A stretch of DNA of 64,000 nt from Aplysia californica (Eukaryota): contig NW_004797665.1 of assembly GCF_000002075.1 (NCBI RefSeq), positions 658,908 through 722,907 on the forward strand. Reading direction: 5' to 3'. Numbering within the stretch: position 1 is the first letter of the stretch; each line of letters begins with the position of its first letter. This document shows, piece after piece, positions 26,401 to 41,400 of the stretch. The position numbers were made by a program, and so were the translations under genes. The notes below the pieces were generated by a model, which worked only from the letters and a program-made list of their open reading frames with translations, did no database searches and was not told the origin of the DNA.

Positions 26401-29400
26401 TGGACAAAGCCATCATCAGAGGAGATAACAAAACGAAATATACAGAATACCAAACTCATAGATTAGGCCTACTTTATTATTTCCTTTGAATTTATTACTG
26501 GATCCCTCACAACGAGAGTCTTGCTATAACGGACATTTCGCACTAGCCCCCCCCCCCCCTCGTTATAACAGGATTCCACTGTACTATCTCCGCCTTTAAA
26601 ATTACACATAAAAAGACTTAAAACCTTCCCAAAGTAAAAGTCAGAGACTCAGAGAGCATTTTCAAACCAAACCCTTTCCCTGTGGAGTACTTTACCCACC
26701 GTATCTATTGGAAGGGACAATCTTGGGCAAAATTCAAATAAGTGTTTAAAACGCATTTATATCTGACTAATGTCTATTAGAAATTTTGGTCATTACATGT
26801 TAACAATGAGCAACACTTCGTATACACATGCTTCTTTTGATATACAGTGTAGTCTCTCTATAACGACCTTCGATATAACGACATCTTCTGCATAGCGACA
26901 TGGTGCCCAGGTCCCGATTTTCCCTTATATATTATTAGTAATATTTTTGGCTGTCTCTCTATAATGACAACTCTCTGTAACGACATTTTTTTTTCTGGTC
27001 ACGACAATGTCGATATAGAGAAGCAGCACTGAAGATTCTTTGATCAAGCTGTGTTCTTACAAGAAGTTACGTGATACAATCGATATGTGAGTGTGTGCGT
27101 GTATGTGTGTGGGAGGTGGGGGGTTGCAAGTTTGAGGGAAACTTTTGTTGCGAGAGACCGCTTCGAGAAGGTTTTAAGGCTGATTTGTCGCGAAAATGAT
27201 AGACTGTGGCCACACCACACAGGGGCTAAATTTGACAGGTAAAAAATATAGAAAATAAACGAGAGTGTCACAGAACAGTGGATTTAAGTACACTTAAACG
27301 TTATGAAAAAGTGATTGTTAAAGACTTATCGGATTGCCTGTACCTTGAAGTGAAAGCCAAGCACACGTTATTTGGTAAAACAGAAAGAGATTATAAGGGC
27401 AACAGACAAGGGCAAGCTTTCCCACCTTTCTTTCCTTTGCAAGCCACTCATTAGCTTTGCGGCTGTTAATGTAATCAACTGCTCTGTGGCCAGACTGAAA
27501 CATCAAGACAAAAGATTGATACATAGACGTTCTGATGAGGAAAAGTGCAAAATCAGACACCCTTTTGAAATAAGTTACAATTGAAGACATTGCATTTTTA
27601 TCGCTTTTTTACTGTAGGTGTTTTGACATTTCCATTGACACAATTTAGAAAAATTAGGAGGCAGGCTTTAAACTCTGCCTGTCTGGGTCAACCTAGGCTG
27701 AAAGAGATACATCCCAGCAGAAAGACTGAGATACTAAAAATTTTTTTTCCCCACTCAGTAATCAAACTCAGGTCTCTTGTGTTAGACAGATAAGTACCTA
27801 ACCACTGCGCCTCAGACGCCAGTCATGTTAAAATTCAACAGCAATACTACAGAGATATATTATGAGAAATTTGAGTTTTTTTGTATAGCCATTTTACTTT
27901 TGAATGATACTATAAAAAGCACTCTGGTATGAGGGGACAAACAATTTGAATTTTACAGAGGTGCGCTCACAGACAGGCAGGTAAACTTCGACACCTTTTA
28001 GGAAAGGCATATCTTCTGTACACATTGTTAAAAGGCATTTCAAAAAAAGTGATTCAAGTAGCATAACATTCAACTTTGAAATGCTTTAGAGTAGCCTCCT
28101 TCATGATTCAATGTCAAATTAAGAAAAACAATACAAGCGTTGATGGAGGTGTAAAACATAATAGACATGGACAGAAAATGCTGTTCTCACACAGTCACAC
28201 AGCTCTTGGTTAATTCCTGCATCAGTCAGCAAAAAACAGAAATCTTTTCTCTCGTCCTCTTCTTCTACAGCACAGGTATAGTGATAGGCTGTCCGACCAA
28301 GCTGCAAAACAAACCATGGGAGGAGAGTAATGAAAACGGAGGTAAAAACTGATCAATACTTTTCAAATTACTCAAGATCAAAATCTCTTCATTTGGGAAT
28401 TGAAGCAGGATCATAAATATCACAGCATAATATAAGCTAGATCACAGGACAAAAAATATTCACATAATGTGAAGACAGAGTTAATAAGTTCTATTCAAGG
28501 AACATAATTAATACTTCAAAGAACATATGAAAGGGTACGATATCAATTATACCAAACAGTAGACAATATTTATAACATCGCATTGGAGGAAAAGAAAATT
28601 AATTCATTAATTTATTTCATTATGTTTCGAAAGTAACAAGGTTTAGTAAAGAATGCGCAATTCCAGCTATTTTTTTCCTAATTGGCATCAACAGGAACAT
28701 AATATTGCTGTCTCCTTGTCAAAGCCAATGAGTTAACTCTGGGATTACTCCAGCTCAACGGACTAGGTCTAGAGTCAGCATTACAACATGCAAATTTTGT
28801 ATTTTTCTTAAGAAAGACAAAGCTGTTGAAACAAAAGTAGACGACAGAATCAATATTTTTAAGCTTGTCATTACAAATTCTATCCAACACAGAATAGTGT
28901 CCCTCAGCCTAAAGAACTGTGCACCAGAGCTCCCTGGAGCCGACCCTTAATGTTAAAACCTCTGTGTGCTAAGGTCTGAGTTTGGTGTGCAGAAAGGTAG
29001 GGTTTTAACTCAACTGCTGGTGAGGCCCTCCGTGGTTATATGGGATGCCCGCTAACCGATCCAGTCACTTTGTGCCCAACCTTTGACCCGTCGGCACGTC
29101 TACCTGTTCTCCAGGAAGGAGGCACCGGTGGCGGCTATTTTGAGCTCTTCACTATGGATTATATTTTTGTGTGTGTTCCCCTGCCCCTTGTTTTCCGAAG
29201 CTGATTCTGTAATGTATAAAACTCTTATATTTTCTCTTGCATAAATTACTTGTATTATACTACTGCTATAATATAATTTGTTATTCGCTGACATTATTAC
29301 CACAGCACATCGCCCCCACCCACAGTCTCTGCTCCCCTTCAATTGGCTCTCTGAGCAATACTATTCATAGGCACAATTCTTGCCCTCTGGGCTCCTCGGC

Positions 29401-32400
29401 ATTGCCCTAGTGGCTGACAGGGTTTCAGTATTGTCAGTTATATACTGTTAATCGTTTTAAAACGAAAGACAAATCATGGCGGATACTGAAGACATTTTGT
29501 CTGTACATGATCCCAGTGAACAAAAACGTATGACTTTTCCCTCCTCTGCTCAGTCAGAGACTGATATTATTAAGATGTACTTAAAAGGAATGCGGAGGCA
29601 ATGGAAGCATTGGTGACGTTAATGAGTGTAAAAAACAAAAGAAAAAGGAAAAGGTCTGTTTCTACATCTTCGAGTGAGTCCCCCATTCCAAGCACAAAAA
29701 GAAGCGCTATTACCAAAGCAGTGAGAAACAGACAAGGAGAGTGAACAAGACCACCCAAGCATCTCATTCTAACCTTGAAGAGACGGGAAACGTGTTATCA
29801 GATGGCAAGATAATAGATGATCTGTTCTGCCTCCCCTGACAATGACTATCAAAGGGATCGAGACGAGAGGGCATTAAGTGCGGCAGGGGATTGGTTCGCA
29901 ATACAAGGTAGACGAAGAGATAAGGGACCCTCTGTCTGAAAACCTCGCAAAGTTTGCGGAGAAAAGATTCTGCACAACAATGAAAGATGACAAGATGAAA
30001 GAAAAGGTAAGTAAGTACAAAAGGCCAGGAAATTGTGAAGCGCTCCTGGTACGACAAACAAATCCAGAGATTCGGAAACTGTTACAAAGCGAAGAGAAAA
30101 GGAACGATGCCAGGTACACCGCGATCTAGAAAACGATTGTGAAAGTGACTACTGCGGTGGCACAGTGTGCTGACCTTTTGGTCAACGATGGCGAAAGCAA
30201 AAGGCCCATTGTCCAAAAGTTATTGAAGGTTATCTCCATCCTCGGGCACTCCCAGCAGAAAATCACCAGCCGCATAAAGGAAGCACAAAGGTGGGCCTTA
30301 CCCATGAACATGAAGGGTATCTGTGACGTACCAATAGACGGTACTAAATTCCTCTAAGGCGACGACATAAAGAAAACTATTCATGATGCGAACGAACAAA
30401 GAAAAACGGTGCAATTTTCCTCTCCACATGCCACTCACGCTTACACCTCAGCGTACGGCTAACCCGCTCAGCGGGACAGAAGGAGGCATTTTCTAGCCTA
30501 TCAGGCCGGGCGTCTGTCCGGCCAGAGGGGGCCGGGGGCTATGCCCACAGACCCTCAGCCAGCCACGCGGCAGTGGCAAACAAAAGGAAGTAACTACGAC
30601 TATTGACGGAAATATGGTAAGTATGACTGACATTTTGGTAACAAAAAGACTATTGGAGACAAAAGCTGCATTATTCAAGGCAGGGCAAAATTCCCTTTTA
30701 AAAGAATTTTGGAAACATTTCAGGTCAGATAAAGCAATTTTAGATATGATGTCTGGAACAACCATAGAAATTTGTGAAGAACCGCCTTCTAAGAGAAAAG
30801 TAGATTCTAGTTTTATGACGAGTGAGACAAAGAAAAATGTGATCGACAATGAAATCTGTGATCTATTGATAAAGGGGTTATTGTGGAATCACGACATGAA
30901 CCAGGTGAGTTTATCTCCTCCATGTTTACCAGAAAGAAGAGTGATGGCTCATATTGAATGATCCTAAACTTAAAAAAATTCAAGGTAAATATTCAATATG
31001 AGAAGTTTAAAATGGAAAATTTAGCTACAATTTTGAATCTAGTGTCCAGAAACTGTTGGATGGCAAGCATAGATCTTGTTTCTGCATATTATAGCGTCCC
31101 CATTACCGCAGAAAATAGAAAATACTTTAAATTCTTCTAGAAAGGGCAACTCTACGAGTATATGTTTTTCAACAATGGCCTGGCCCAGTGTCCTAGAAAC
31201 TTTGCAAAGCTGACAAAGCCAATATAAGCCCACTTGCGTAGCTTGGCATACCTTAGCACAGGCTATCTTGATGACTCACTGCTTCTAGCAGATGAAAAAG
31301 TAGACTGTTTGAAAAACGAGGCGACACGATATCAGTTTTTGATAAAAAGGGTTCATCATGCACCCTACAAAATCTGTTCTCACTCCCACACAAGAAAAAC
31401 TTACCTTGTGTTTATGATTAAATCAAAGGAAATGACATTGACTCTTACTGAGATAATGAAAGAAGTTATTTTGGAGGCCCCCCTGGAAATTTCCAGCTGT
31501 CAGTTTAACAAAATAAGAGACGCAGCAAGACTCATAGGTCTGCTGGTCGATGGCTTTCCAGCCATGCCCTAAGGGCCTCACCATTATATAAATATTCAAA
31601 AAGACAAGATATAAGCTTCAAAAACATGCAAATATAATTGGGAAAAATCAATGCACCTATCGCCACTAGCTCTTGAAGACATACAGAGGTGGAAAAAAAA
31701 TTGGCTCGTCTGCGAGTTCAAGAACTACACCAGACCCTCAGTTGGTGGTCACCACAGATGCCAGCACAAAAGCTCGGGGAGCTGTCTGTGGCACTCAAAA
31801 AACAGGCAGAGCCTGGTCACACGAAGAAGCATGCAATATGCATATTTATGAGTTAGAAATGCTTGCAGCCTTTCTGGGCTTGAAATCGTTTGCCAAAGGA
31901 CTGAAGGATGTTCATGTCCGACTGTTCGTGGAAAACACAGCAGCAATGATTTCCCTAAACAAAATGGGATCAGTAATATTCCCTAAACTCGACGAGTTGG
32001 CCAAAAACGTATGGAATTGGTGTATCAAAAGGAACATAAGGCTGTCAGTTGTGAGAATCCCTGGCTCTGAAAAGACACAGGCGCAGACTATGAAAGTAGA
32101 CATGTCAGTGCTGACACTGAAAGACAAATAGACTCAGAACTTTTGAATGTCGCTTTGAAAATGTTGGAGTGTACGCCTGATGTAGACTTATTCGCATCCA
32201 GGCTGAACCACCAGTGTGAAAGGTCGTATCTCTAAAGCCAGACCCAGGGGCTTTCGCAACTGATGCATTCACATTAAACTGGAAAACACTTAATTTTCTG
32301 TTTTTTCCGTCATTCTGTCTCCTTCCCAGGGTACTTAAAAAAATCAAGGAAGATGTAGCAACAGGGAGAGTAATTGCACAATTCTGGCCAACTCAACCAT

Positions 32401-35400
32401 TTTTTCCTCTCCTCATGAAACTTCTAGTGCGTCAACCAGTTCTACCATCAGCATGCAAAAGGCTCCTGACCCTTCCAAGCCACCCGGATGTTCTACATCC
32501 ACTGAGGAAAAGGCTAAGACTGCTTCTATGCAGGAAGTCAGGCTACAGTACGTACAACAAGGCTTTTCAGGAGCTACCAATCTCATCATGGCGACCAGAT
32601 ACTAAGAGGGCATATATTACAATGTTGAAGAGGTTCGCTCTTAGGACTCAAGGGGATCCCATTTCACTGCCAGTGACTGCGGCAGTTAATTTTTTGGGAC
32701 AACTTCTTAGCTCAGGAGCTTCGCTCTCCGCTGTGCGCACCACAAGGTCAGCCTTGTCATGCTACTTAAATGTAGAAAATAACCCATTTGGAAATTTTGA
32801 CTGTGTAAAAAGACTGATCAAAGGCATATTTGAAAGTCAATGGGCGGTACCATTTAGAAGTAAACTGACAACGTGGGACCCGCTGCATGTTCTGGACTTT
32901 TTAGAGTCGTGGTTTCCCAATGAGGATTTGACTTTAAAGGAGGTAACTTTGAAACGAAAAATGTTTCTAGCTTTGTTATCTGGGCAGAGATGCCAAACCA
33001 TTCATTCTTTGGACATAAATTTCATGAAATTAACAGAAACAAAATGTACATTCATAATTAAGACTCTCCTTAAGCAATCCAGGAAGGGGCATCACCTTGA
33101 CCCAATAGTATTCATGGCTTTCCAAGAAAACAAAAACTTGTGCATTGTAAACATGCTGAAGGTGTACATAAACATGACTAAGGCCCATAGGGAAGGTAAC
33201 GGAGCCTCAAAACTGCTACTCAGTTTCCAAAAACCGTTCAAATCAGTCAGCAGAGACACTGTGAGTAAATGGTTAAAAATAGTCCTGTGTACGACTGGTT
33301 TTGACGTCTTAATATTCACAACTCACAGCACCAGAAGTGCCAGTACGTCTTGTGCTCTACAGTCTGGAATCTCCATAAATGCCATCTTGGCGGCAGTGGG
33401 ATGGTCAAAAGAGACCACTTGTACTTGATTCTATAAAAAACAAGTTGGAGAAAATTTTGGAGAGAAACTGATCCAGACTCACTTTACCGCAAAATATTCA
33501 TGTAACCCTTCATGTGTAAATATTATGAGCTGTTAATCCCTAATTCTGTGCCTTTACATTTTTTTCTGTGCATATCCATGTGATTTTATAAACATAATAT
33601 ATATAGCAATCAAAATCCACAGCTTAGTTGATTCATTTGAACTTGTATTATCTTCTAATTGCTCTGTGCATGTAGTCTTACACCTGAATGATATTCAGTG
33701 AGAGTAAAGTGAAGCAGTCACAGTTGAGCTCTGAAATCCCATATAACCACGGAGGGCCTGACCGGCAGTTGAGTTAAAATTGTAGAAACAATCGAGACTT
33801 ACCTGTTAGTTGATGATTGTTTCTGATTTTGACGATTCTGTCGTCAGGAACGGAGCGGTAATATGCCCTCTCTTAATCCCTCCCAATGTGTATGACATGC
33901 AGTGCTCAGTTCATTGATGTTGCTATGATGATATTATATTGTGCATGCCAAAGTTGTACTACATGTATAACACTATGAGCATGCTCACATCAACAGTGAA
34001 TGGCTGAAGAGTGACTGGATCGGTTAGCGCACATCCCATATTACGACTCCGCTCCTGACGAGAGATCGTCAAAATCAGAAACAATCATGGATCTCATTTC
34101 TAAAATTAACATAAGATGAAGTATCATGAAGCATACTCAGGGTACGAGCACAGACCCAAACAGTTTATGCAAGTTTGTTTGTTTCAGTAAAGAGACACTT
34201 GTATATATCTACACAATAACAGTTACTTAGTGCAGGGAAAGAGTCAGACAAATAGATAGAAAGAAAGCAAGCAAGAAAGAAAGAAAGCAAGAAAGAGAAG
34301 TAGGGTTTACCACTGGCACCTTCCAACCGCCCATAACTGAAACTTCTCCAATACCAACAACAGCATCATCAGCTATACAATAACAGAAACACTAAGATCA
34401 ATACTTACAACAACAGAAACAACTTTAGCAACAACAACACCACTAACTGACAGCTGATAAATCAGCATCAAGCTTACATTGTCACATGCATTGATATCCA
34501 CTGCATCATGATGAAGAAGCAGCTTGAGTACATCAAACCTCCAATACAAGACACAGAGGTGAATTGCAGCACGACCACCCTGGACATTTAATTAAATAAC
34601 ATTTTATTATTATACTTGGAACAGATATAGAAAAACCACACATATAATTATGTGCATGTGATTTTGTGTTATATAGTAGCAACAGGTAGGCCTATAATAA
34701 ATGTTACAAATCTTTATTGTCCCACTCTAAATGTGTATCAGCTAAATTTGGTAAAACAAATTTTTTTGGAATAAAATTTGATTAAGTTCTTTCTTATTAT
34801 CTTCTAGCAGAATTTATCTAATTTTGAATGGAGTATTCTTTTTACTTATCATAGTATCACAAACTGTAATTACTGTTGTTAATAACATAATTAGGGACAA
34901 TAAATGTAGAACCTAATCGGGTGAATACATGATCAGTGTCAGACATCAATGATACACAGTGTGAGAGTGTGAATGAACATGTGTGTGTATGTGTGTGTGT
35001 GTGTGTTTGTGTGTGTGTGTATGCGTTGTGTGTATGCCGAGTGTGAGTGTAAGTCTGTGTTGCAGAAGGCTGATAAGAGCACCTTATTTTATTGTGTTGG
35101 TGGACACCAGATGTCCTACTTCTTAAACTTTTCTTTCCCTAGTCATTGTCTGTGTGTCTTATTCTTTTCCAGAGGTACGTGACCATTGTGTGTCCATTTG
35201 CTTTTCTTCATTCAAAACTTAGTATTTGCCCTTTGCATTTTGACAATGTTAACACTTTGCAGTCACTTGGCCCAATAATGTGCTGGTGAAAATTAGCTGT
35301 TCCAGTCGCCTGGCCCAAGAAGCCGGCAGCAGCCGTTGTCCTGGCCGGGTGACCAAATGGGGTATTTTGTACTGCTGGCTGTGTGACAGCAAAGTGTTAA

Positions 35401-38400
35401 AGCAGTGTGCATGCTTCAGCTTTGCTTGGGCAGTAAATATAGGAGAAGTAGATTGCTAAGACTGAGTACTACTTTGCAGCACTGATGTAAAAGTGAGGAT
35501 ATAGATTCTATATAAACGGAAGAAAGTTTAAGATATTGTTGGTGAGGACTGTTATTTCTTCAACCAAAAAGGCATCAACTGAAGATCAAAATAAACGAGC
35601 CTTATAAAATGTTTAAGATAAGCCTTTTTTTTGTAATAATCGCAATGAAATAGCCGATCTGTCTCTTCCACGACACAATGATAATCATACAAATTTTCTT
35701 CAACAATTGAAAAACCAGCCACATTTTAAAAACAATTTTGGCTATGATTAAGATCCACCGGTTGATAAAGGAAGTCATCTCTAGGCTGTTAATTATATTT
35801 GAGGCACATGTATCATTATTTTTGATGATATAGAACTAAATCATCCTATAACGGAGCACAGTCCAGTCCAGTCCATAAGGGATATATGTTTAACGAAAGA
35901 CTAGCAACTTGCTCGTGAGAATAAGTTTGCACTGAAAATGAATGCTGGAGAATTTGTAGGCCTACCTGAGAGAATCCAGACAAACGATTTCAGGGAAAGT
36001 ATATTTTCAAACTTGTACGTGTCATTTGCAGACTAGTTTCGATTTGACTTTTTTTCATCATCATATCTTTAGAAAAACATCCATATATAAATTGCATTGC
36101 AATATGCAATAATCATTAGCTGTAGGCTAACACTGGTGAAATTTCAGAGTAAACAATGTTCTTTCCCACTTCTCATGGGACAAAGATAAAGAGCTTGTTC
36201 CTTCCTTGTTCTGTGACATTTTTCTCCCATAGTTTTTATCAGATGGATAAGACCAGCAAAACAGTAATGCCTGTTCTTTTTTAAGTGCAATTATTTGGAT
36301 ATTGTAGTCAAATGCAGTATTTTTACTTCTTCATGTCTTATCCAGCCCTTCCCCAACCCAATTCTTTGAAAAAATTTGAGTCCCTATTTATAACAATTGT
36401 ACCAGGACATTTGAGTTTTCTGCAAATAATTAAAGAAAGCATAACGTTTTACAATACCTCTAAAGTATTTTCAGCAATACCTCTAAAGTATTTTCAGCAA
36501 ACTGGTACTTTATATTTTCAAACATCTGCTTGATGACTCAGATAACTTTACAATAAAGCCTGATGCCAGACTTTTCGTTCGAGTATACCATTTCCCTAGA
36601 GGACATGTAGCATTTATTACAACCTGTATAATGCTTACCACCAGTAGTACTGAAGAAAGTCATTTTCTATTTCAAAATTGCAAAGAAAATCTCTGCTGCT
36701 CACCCTGTCTCTTGCATTCACCAACATTTCTGGTCGGTCTGTTGAAGCCAAGAGGTTGATGACGTCATCAAGAGACCGATGGCGGACAATGTAGTGGAAT
36801 TTTCTCACCTCAAGCTGTGAGCAGACCAGTTTCAGTAATAAAAGAGAATGTGAGTTTTCTTCTTTGAATTAAAACTTTTTTTCCAAATGACTAAAACCAT
36901 TCAGGAAGTATACAGTATAGTAAGCAAATGAGTCTATGATTACATAAGAAGAACCTCTATACAACTTTTAAATACATCACACTCTCAGAAAAGACTATTA
37001 ACTTGAGACACACACCCATCTTTGAAGGATTCAAGTTCTGCACACACTTCAAAGTCTCTGTTAAAATTAAAACACCTAAAAAGGTTTGGCAAACACACAA
37101 GTGAACTGTACTTATTAATCATGTAACATACTGCTTATCTTATCTAAACACTGGAGCCTATAGCAGACAAGAGTCGGTTTTAGGATTAACTGTACCTTCC
37201 ACGCTCCAAAAGATTTTTGCGCCATTGTACAGTAACGGTTGTCCACGGCATTATGCTTGTTAAAATGGCAGCCACTTTGTCTCAATATGTTTTATACATT
37301 ATTCTGAAACAAATGCATTCCCAAACATTGGCATAAAAAAACAACAACTTTAACTAGGGGGGAAAAAAGAAAGAGCTTTTAAGCCTGTACCGATGCTTCT
37401 GTTCTCTTGTAGCTTCACCTCCACTCTACTCTAAATCCATAGACCTGCATTCATGTATGGGCATGTGTTACCGTAACCCTCCTGGGCACCAAGCCGGATT
37501 TGGTGTAAGTCTAGCAGTCAGCCAAAGGGCCCATGTCTGCAGTGTGGAGGATAGGTGCTTCACTATTGCGAGCTGAAGACCCAAGTCTAATGCTCAAGCG
37601 GGGATAATTTTTACCGAGTATCCCAATTTTTCTGCTAGGATACTGTATCCCACTCAGTCTGGGTTGGCTGTGACATGCAGGGTCAAAATCCTGCCTCCTA
37701 TATTATCTAAATTGTCTCAATGGGAACAAAATACACCTACATCAGTGAAAGCGAGTTTAGATACATACAATCCATAAGCTCAGGGAACCAGGACTCAAAG
37801 GAAAGGCAGAAATTCAACACTCACATCAAATTCTTGCAGCCACTTTGTAAATTCCACAGCTTCTTCCGTCTCATTGCCACTGGCATAAATGAATGTGTCT
37901 CTGTACTGAAAGGAGTTAACCCAAGCTGCATAAAGTTAATAGAAATTTAGACACGTGTAAATCAGAAGGAAAAAAAACTCTTAACACAATATGATTGACT
38001 GTAAAAATGTTATGCTCAGTTAACACAAATCAGCTTTGACCGTGCCAGTCAGAGCCAATCCGAGCAGAGAGGGATATCACATCCCAACAAAATGACAGAG
38101 AAACTCAATAAAAATTTCTTTCCACTCGGGGATCGAACAAAGGTCTCCTGGTGACAGCGAAAAGCCACAAACGGTGGTACTCTTGACTTTACAATGCCAG
38201 GTAATGAGCCTAATTATTATTTCACAGATGTGAGTAATACAATGTGTAAGTCTAGAGCCTTTCCAAATGGTTTATTTTTGTATCTGTGCTAATAGGAAAA
38301 TTACAGTAAAAAAACACAATACTCAGACACAAAGCAGAATTGGCATGAACATTGGTCTATTCTTCTCAAAATCCAGGTGTCCAGAAAAAAAAAACCTATT

Positions 38401-41400
38401 TAAAGTGGCATGTTTCTAGTCAATTCTTTAGACCCGCTCAACATAGAATTTCAACCGTTCCATTATTGGTTGTTTGTTTCCATAGACCGAGTCATTAAAA
38501 AAAACCACAAAGAAAATAATTGAGGTGGTAGAAGTCAAGGGAATATGAAGACAATTCATATGTAAGCTCTTGACTTATGTGGGGTTCCTTTCCTGCAGCC
38601 ATGCAAGGAGCCACTGTAGAATGTGGGGTGTGACCCTGCCTTGCTGGACCCAGGCCGCATCAAAAACATAATCTTTCTCCTGCCCAAACTTCTGAGCAGG
38701 GTAAGATAAATCAATCTGATGTGATTAACGATTGTGGTTTTATTATCCTCATCCTGCAACCAGAACAGGCTGACCATGCTCTGATAGCTGAATGCTTTTA
38801 ATAAGTTAAATTTAGAGTTTTACCCAACTTTGATTGAAACTTTTAAAACTTGAAACTTCTTGAAAATGCTGATGGATTATCTCCACATCTACAAATTTAA
38901 ATCCCCTTGGTTGAATTTCATTTGTTTGAAGGTTAATTGAAATTGGTGCAAATATGACCAGGTAATTACCATTTAAATGGGTCCTCTCTTAGACAGACTG
39001 TATATTAGAATTATCGCCATCATCTTATTTCCAGCTCCAGTTAAAAATATGTCATGACTTTCAAAAAGAAACCAAAACTTAAAGCTGTCATAAAAAGGCT
39101 TCTTCTCTCTCAGACTAGGCACCTTTGAAAAGAATGAAAATTGTTTCATCAAGGAGAGGTTTTCTTTTAATATGGTGGGAAGTTATAACTTATTGTACAC
39201 TTAGTTTTGAGGNNNNNNNNNNNNNNNNNNNNNNNNNNNNNNNNNNNNNNNNNNNNNNNNNNNNNNNNNNNNNNNNNNNNNNNNNNNNNNNNNNNNNNNN
39301 NNNNNNNNNNNNNNNNNNNNNNNNNNNNNNNNNNNNNNNNNNNNNNNNNNNNNNNNNNNNNNNNNNNNNNNNNNNNNNNNNNNNNNNNNNNNNNNTTTAC
39401 TGGTTAGCATTTGTCTGACTCTTTTACCTCCTCCGCCCCCCCCCCCCTTTTCTCTTTTTCTTATCTCTGCCACTCTCTGGAACAGTCTTAATCCCAATGG
39501 ACCATATTCCTGAGAATGCATGAACCAACACCTGTGCCTGATTCTGACAGGGTTAAGTCTCCCCCTGTTATATTACTAAACCATGCAAAAAAAAAACTAT
39601 CTTAAATAATCTCAGCAAAACAATTTTAAAATCATATATGCCAAACTAACATTGAAATTGATGAGCATGCTGTCATATCTCACGACACACAAGCGCTCCA
39701 GCTCTTTCAAGTTGGATGTCCGAATCAGTTTCACATACGCCTATAGAAATGAAGGGGAAAAAAAGATACAACATGAATTCAGTGAATATCCACAATAATT
39801 ACTAATGAATTACAATGCAAAGCGTACAATAAAGGCTGATGATATTTACTGTGAATGTAAGAAATGAGACATATATTTACCAAATGTTTAGCACCTTGCA
39901 GAAACTTGGTAAGTGAGCCCAAACTGGCTGAATATGATCATTCCAGAGCATGGCCATTTTTCTCTTTAAAAAATTTAAGCTCAGTCCCACTTTTAGAAAT
40001 TCTTGTTTTTGAACTTTTGTAATGAGCTATTGACCAAATTTGTACGTCCATTTCGCCAAAACAGACCTTTTACTTATTTTTCTCATTATAATTAATTAAT
40101 CTGCTCCTGATATTTATAATTTGTGGCACTGTGGTGAAATCAGGGGCACATCAAAATAAATTATTTGTGAGACGTCGGGATGAAATCAGGCACTCGTCAA
40201 AATTATTAAATTGAAAACACCCGGCATTTTTTCACTTGTTTCATTGGTAACTTGTATCAAATTTTTTTTTATTGCTCATCACCTTTCATGTACACTTAAA
40301 AAATACAATTCTGTGTGGTTTTGACTGAAAAAAAGTTGATTAAAGGCACAAAAAAACCCGAAAATGTGCAGTGTCAAAGGACATTCAAGCTTTGGAAGTC
40401 ACTAAACTTTGGCTGCCATTTTATTTTTCCTCAGTATCCAGGCAACACCCACCCTCTTCAATCGCAATTTTACTTGGGGACTCCAGTGGCTAAGTGAGTA
40501 GTGAGTTCAGACTCAAGTAATGTCAGGCAGGTGTGGTGGCGCGGGGATCAGATGGGTGAGCACTGGGGTGTGTCCTTGAGCAGGACATGACAACACTTGC
40601 TCAAAATACAGGGCGCTGCACAGTGGCCACCACCAGTGGCATGGTTGAAGACTGTTCTGATTTGTGTAATATTGTGTATTTATGTATGTATTTATGCATG
40701 TATTTATGTATGTACGTATTTATAATTATGTATTTACGTATGTAAATGTAGGTTTGCCATTGTAAACCAAAGTACCCTTCCGGGACAAATAAAAGTGTAA
40801 TGTATTTATTTTTTATTTTAAATATCTCAATTTCTTTTCAAGGTAGATGAGTATTTTTTTCATTGAAAACAAGACAAACGAACAAGCTTTAAGATGATAA
40901 CAATAACTCCACATGAGCAAAAATTGACAAGTGGCTGATGCCAGCCGGTCATGACGCATTTCTCCCCAATTGGGCAATTTTTACAATTTTTCTTTTTTAA
41001 CTTAATACCTGTTATGTCCATTTAAAAATAGATTTCTGAGTGAATTCTACATGAAAATGTTGATTAAAAGAACAAAAAATGTAATTTGCAGTTTCCAAGG
41101 AGACTCAAGCTTTGGAAGTCACCATTTTTTGCATTCGTGTTCTCGGTAATTTTAAATAACTCTGACACCAGCCTGACTCTCACCTTCTTCAATCGCAAAT
41201 ACATTTTTTATTCTAGATAGATGGGGGGGGGGGGGGGGTCCCATCAAAAGCAAGACAAAAAAACAAGCTTGAAGTTTATACCATTGAACTCCTATTGCCC
41301 AAGAATTGACAATCACTTGATTCCACTGTGTCATGACACGGACTAAGTAGAATATTATAACAAAAATATCCAAGTTTTGAAAAAAGCAATATGTTAGGCA

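Larger units (their letters stand above)
29003..34088 (+). mobile_element. DIRS1-like tyrosine-recombinase retrotransposon, near full length, ORFs decayed; inserted antisense in the intron between exons 15 and 16
   Basis: Order gag - RT - RNase H - Dam-like MTase - YR. Left terminal repeat 29003-29069; right inverted repeat 34010-34041 plus extension to 34088; internal complementary region 33736-33865 is complementary to both outer ends; no TSD. Confidence 0.95.

Noticed and set aside
32415-33428. Stand-alone, domesticated or phage-derived integrase, or a Crypton
   Set aside because: It is embedded in a DIRS element downstream of RT/RH/MT and truncated before the catalytic Tyr.
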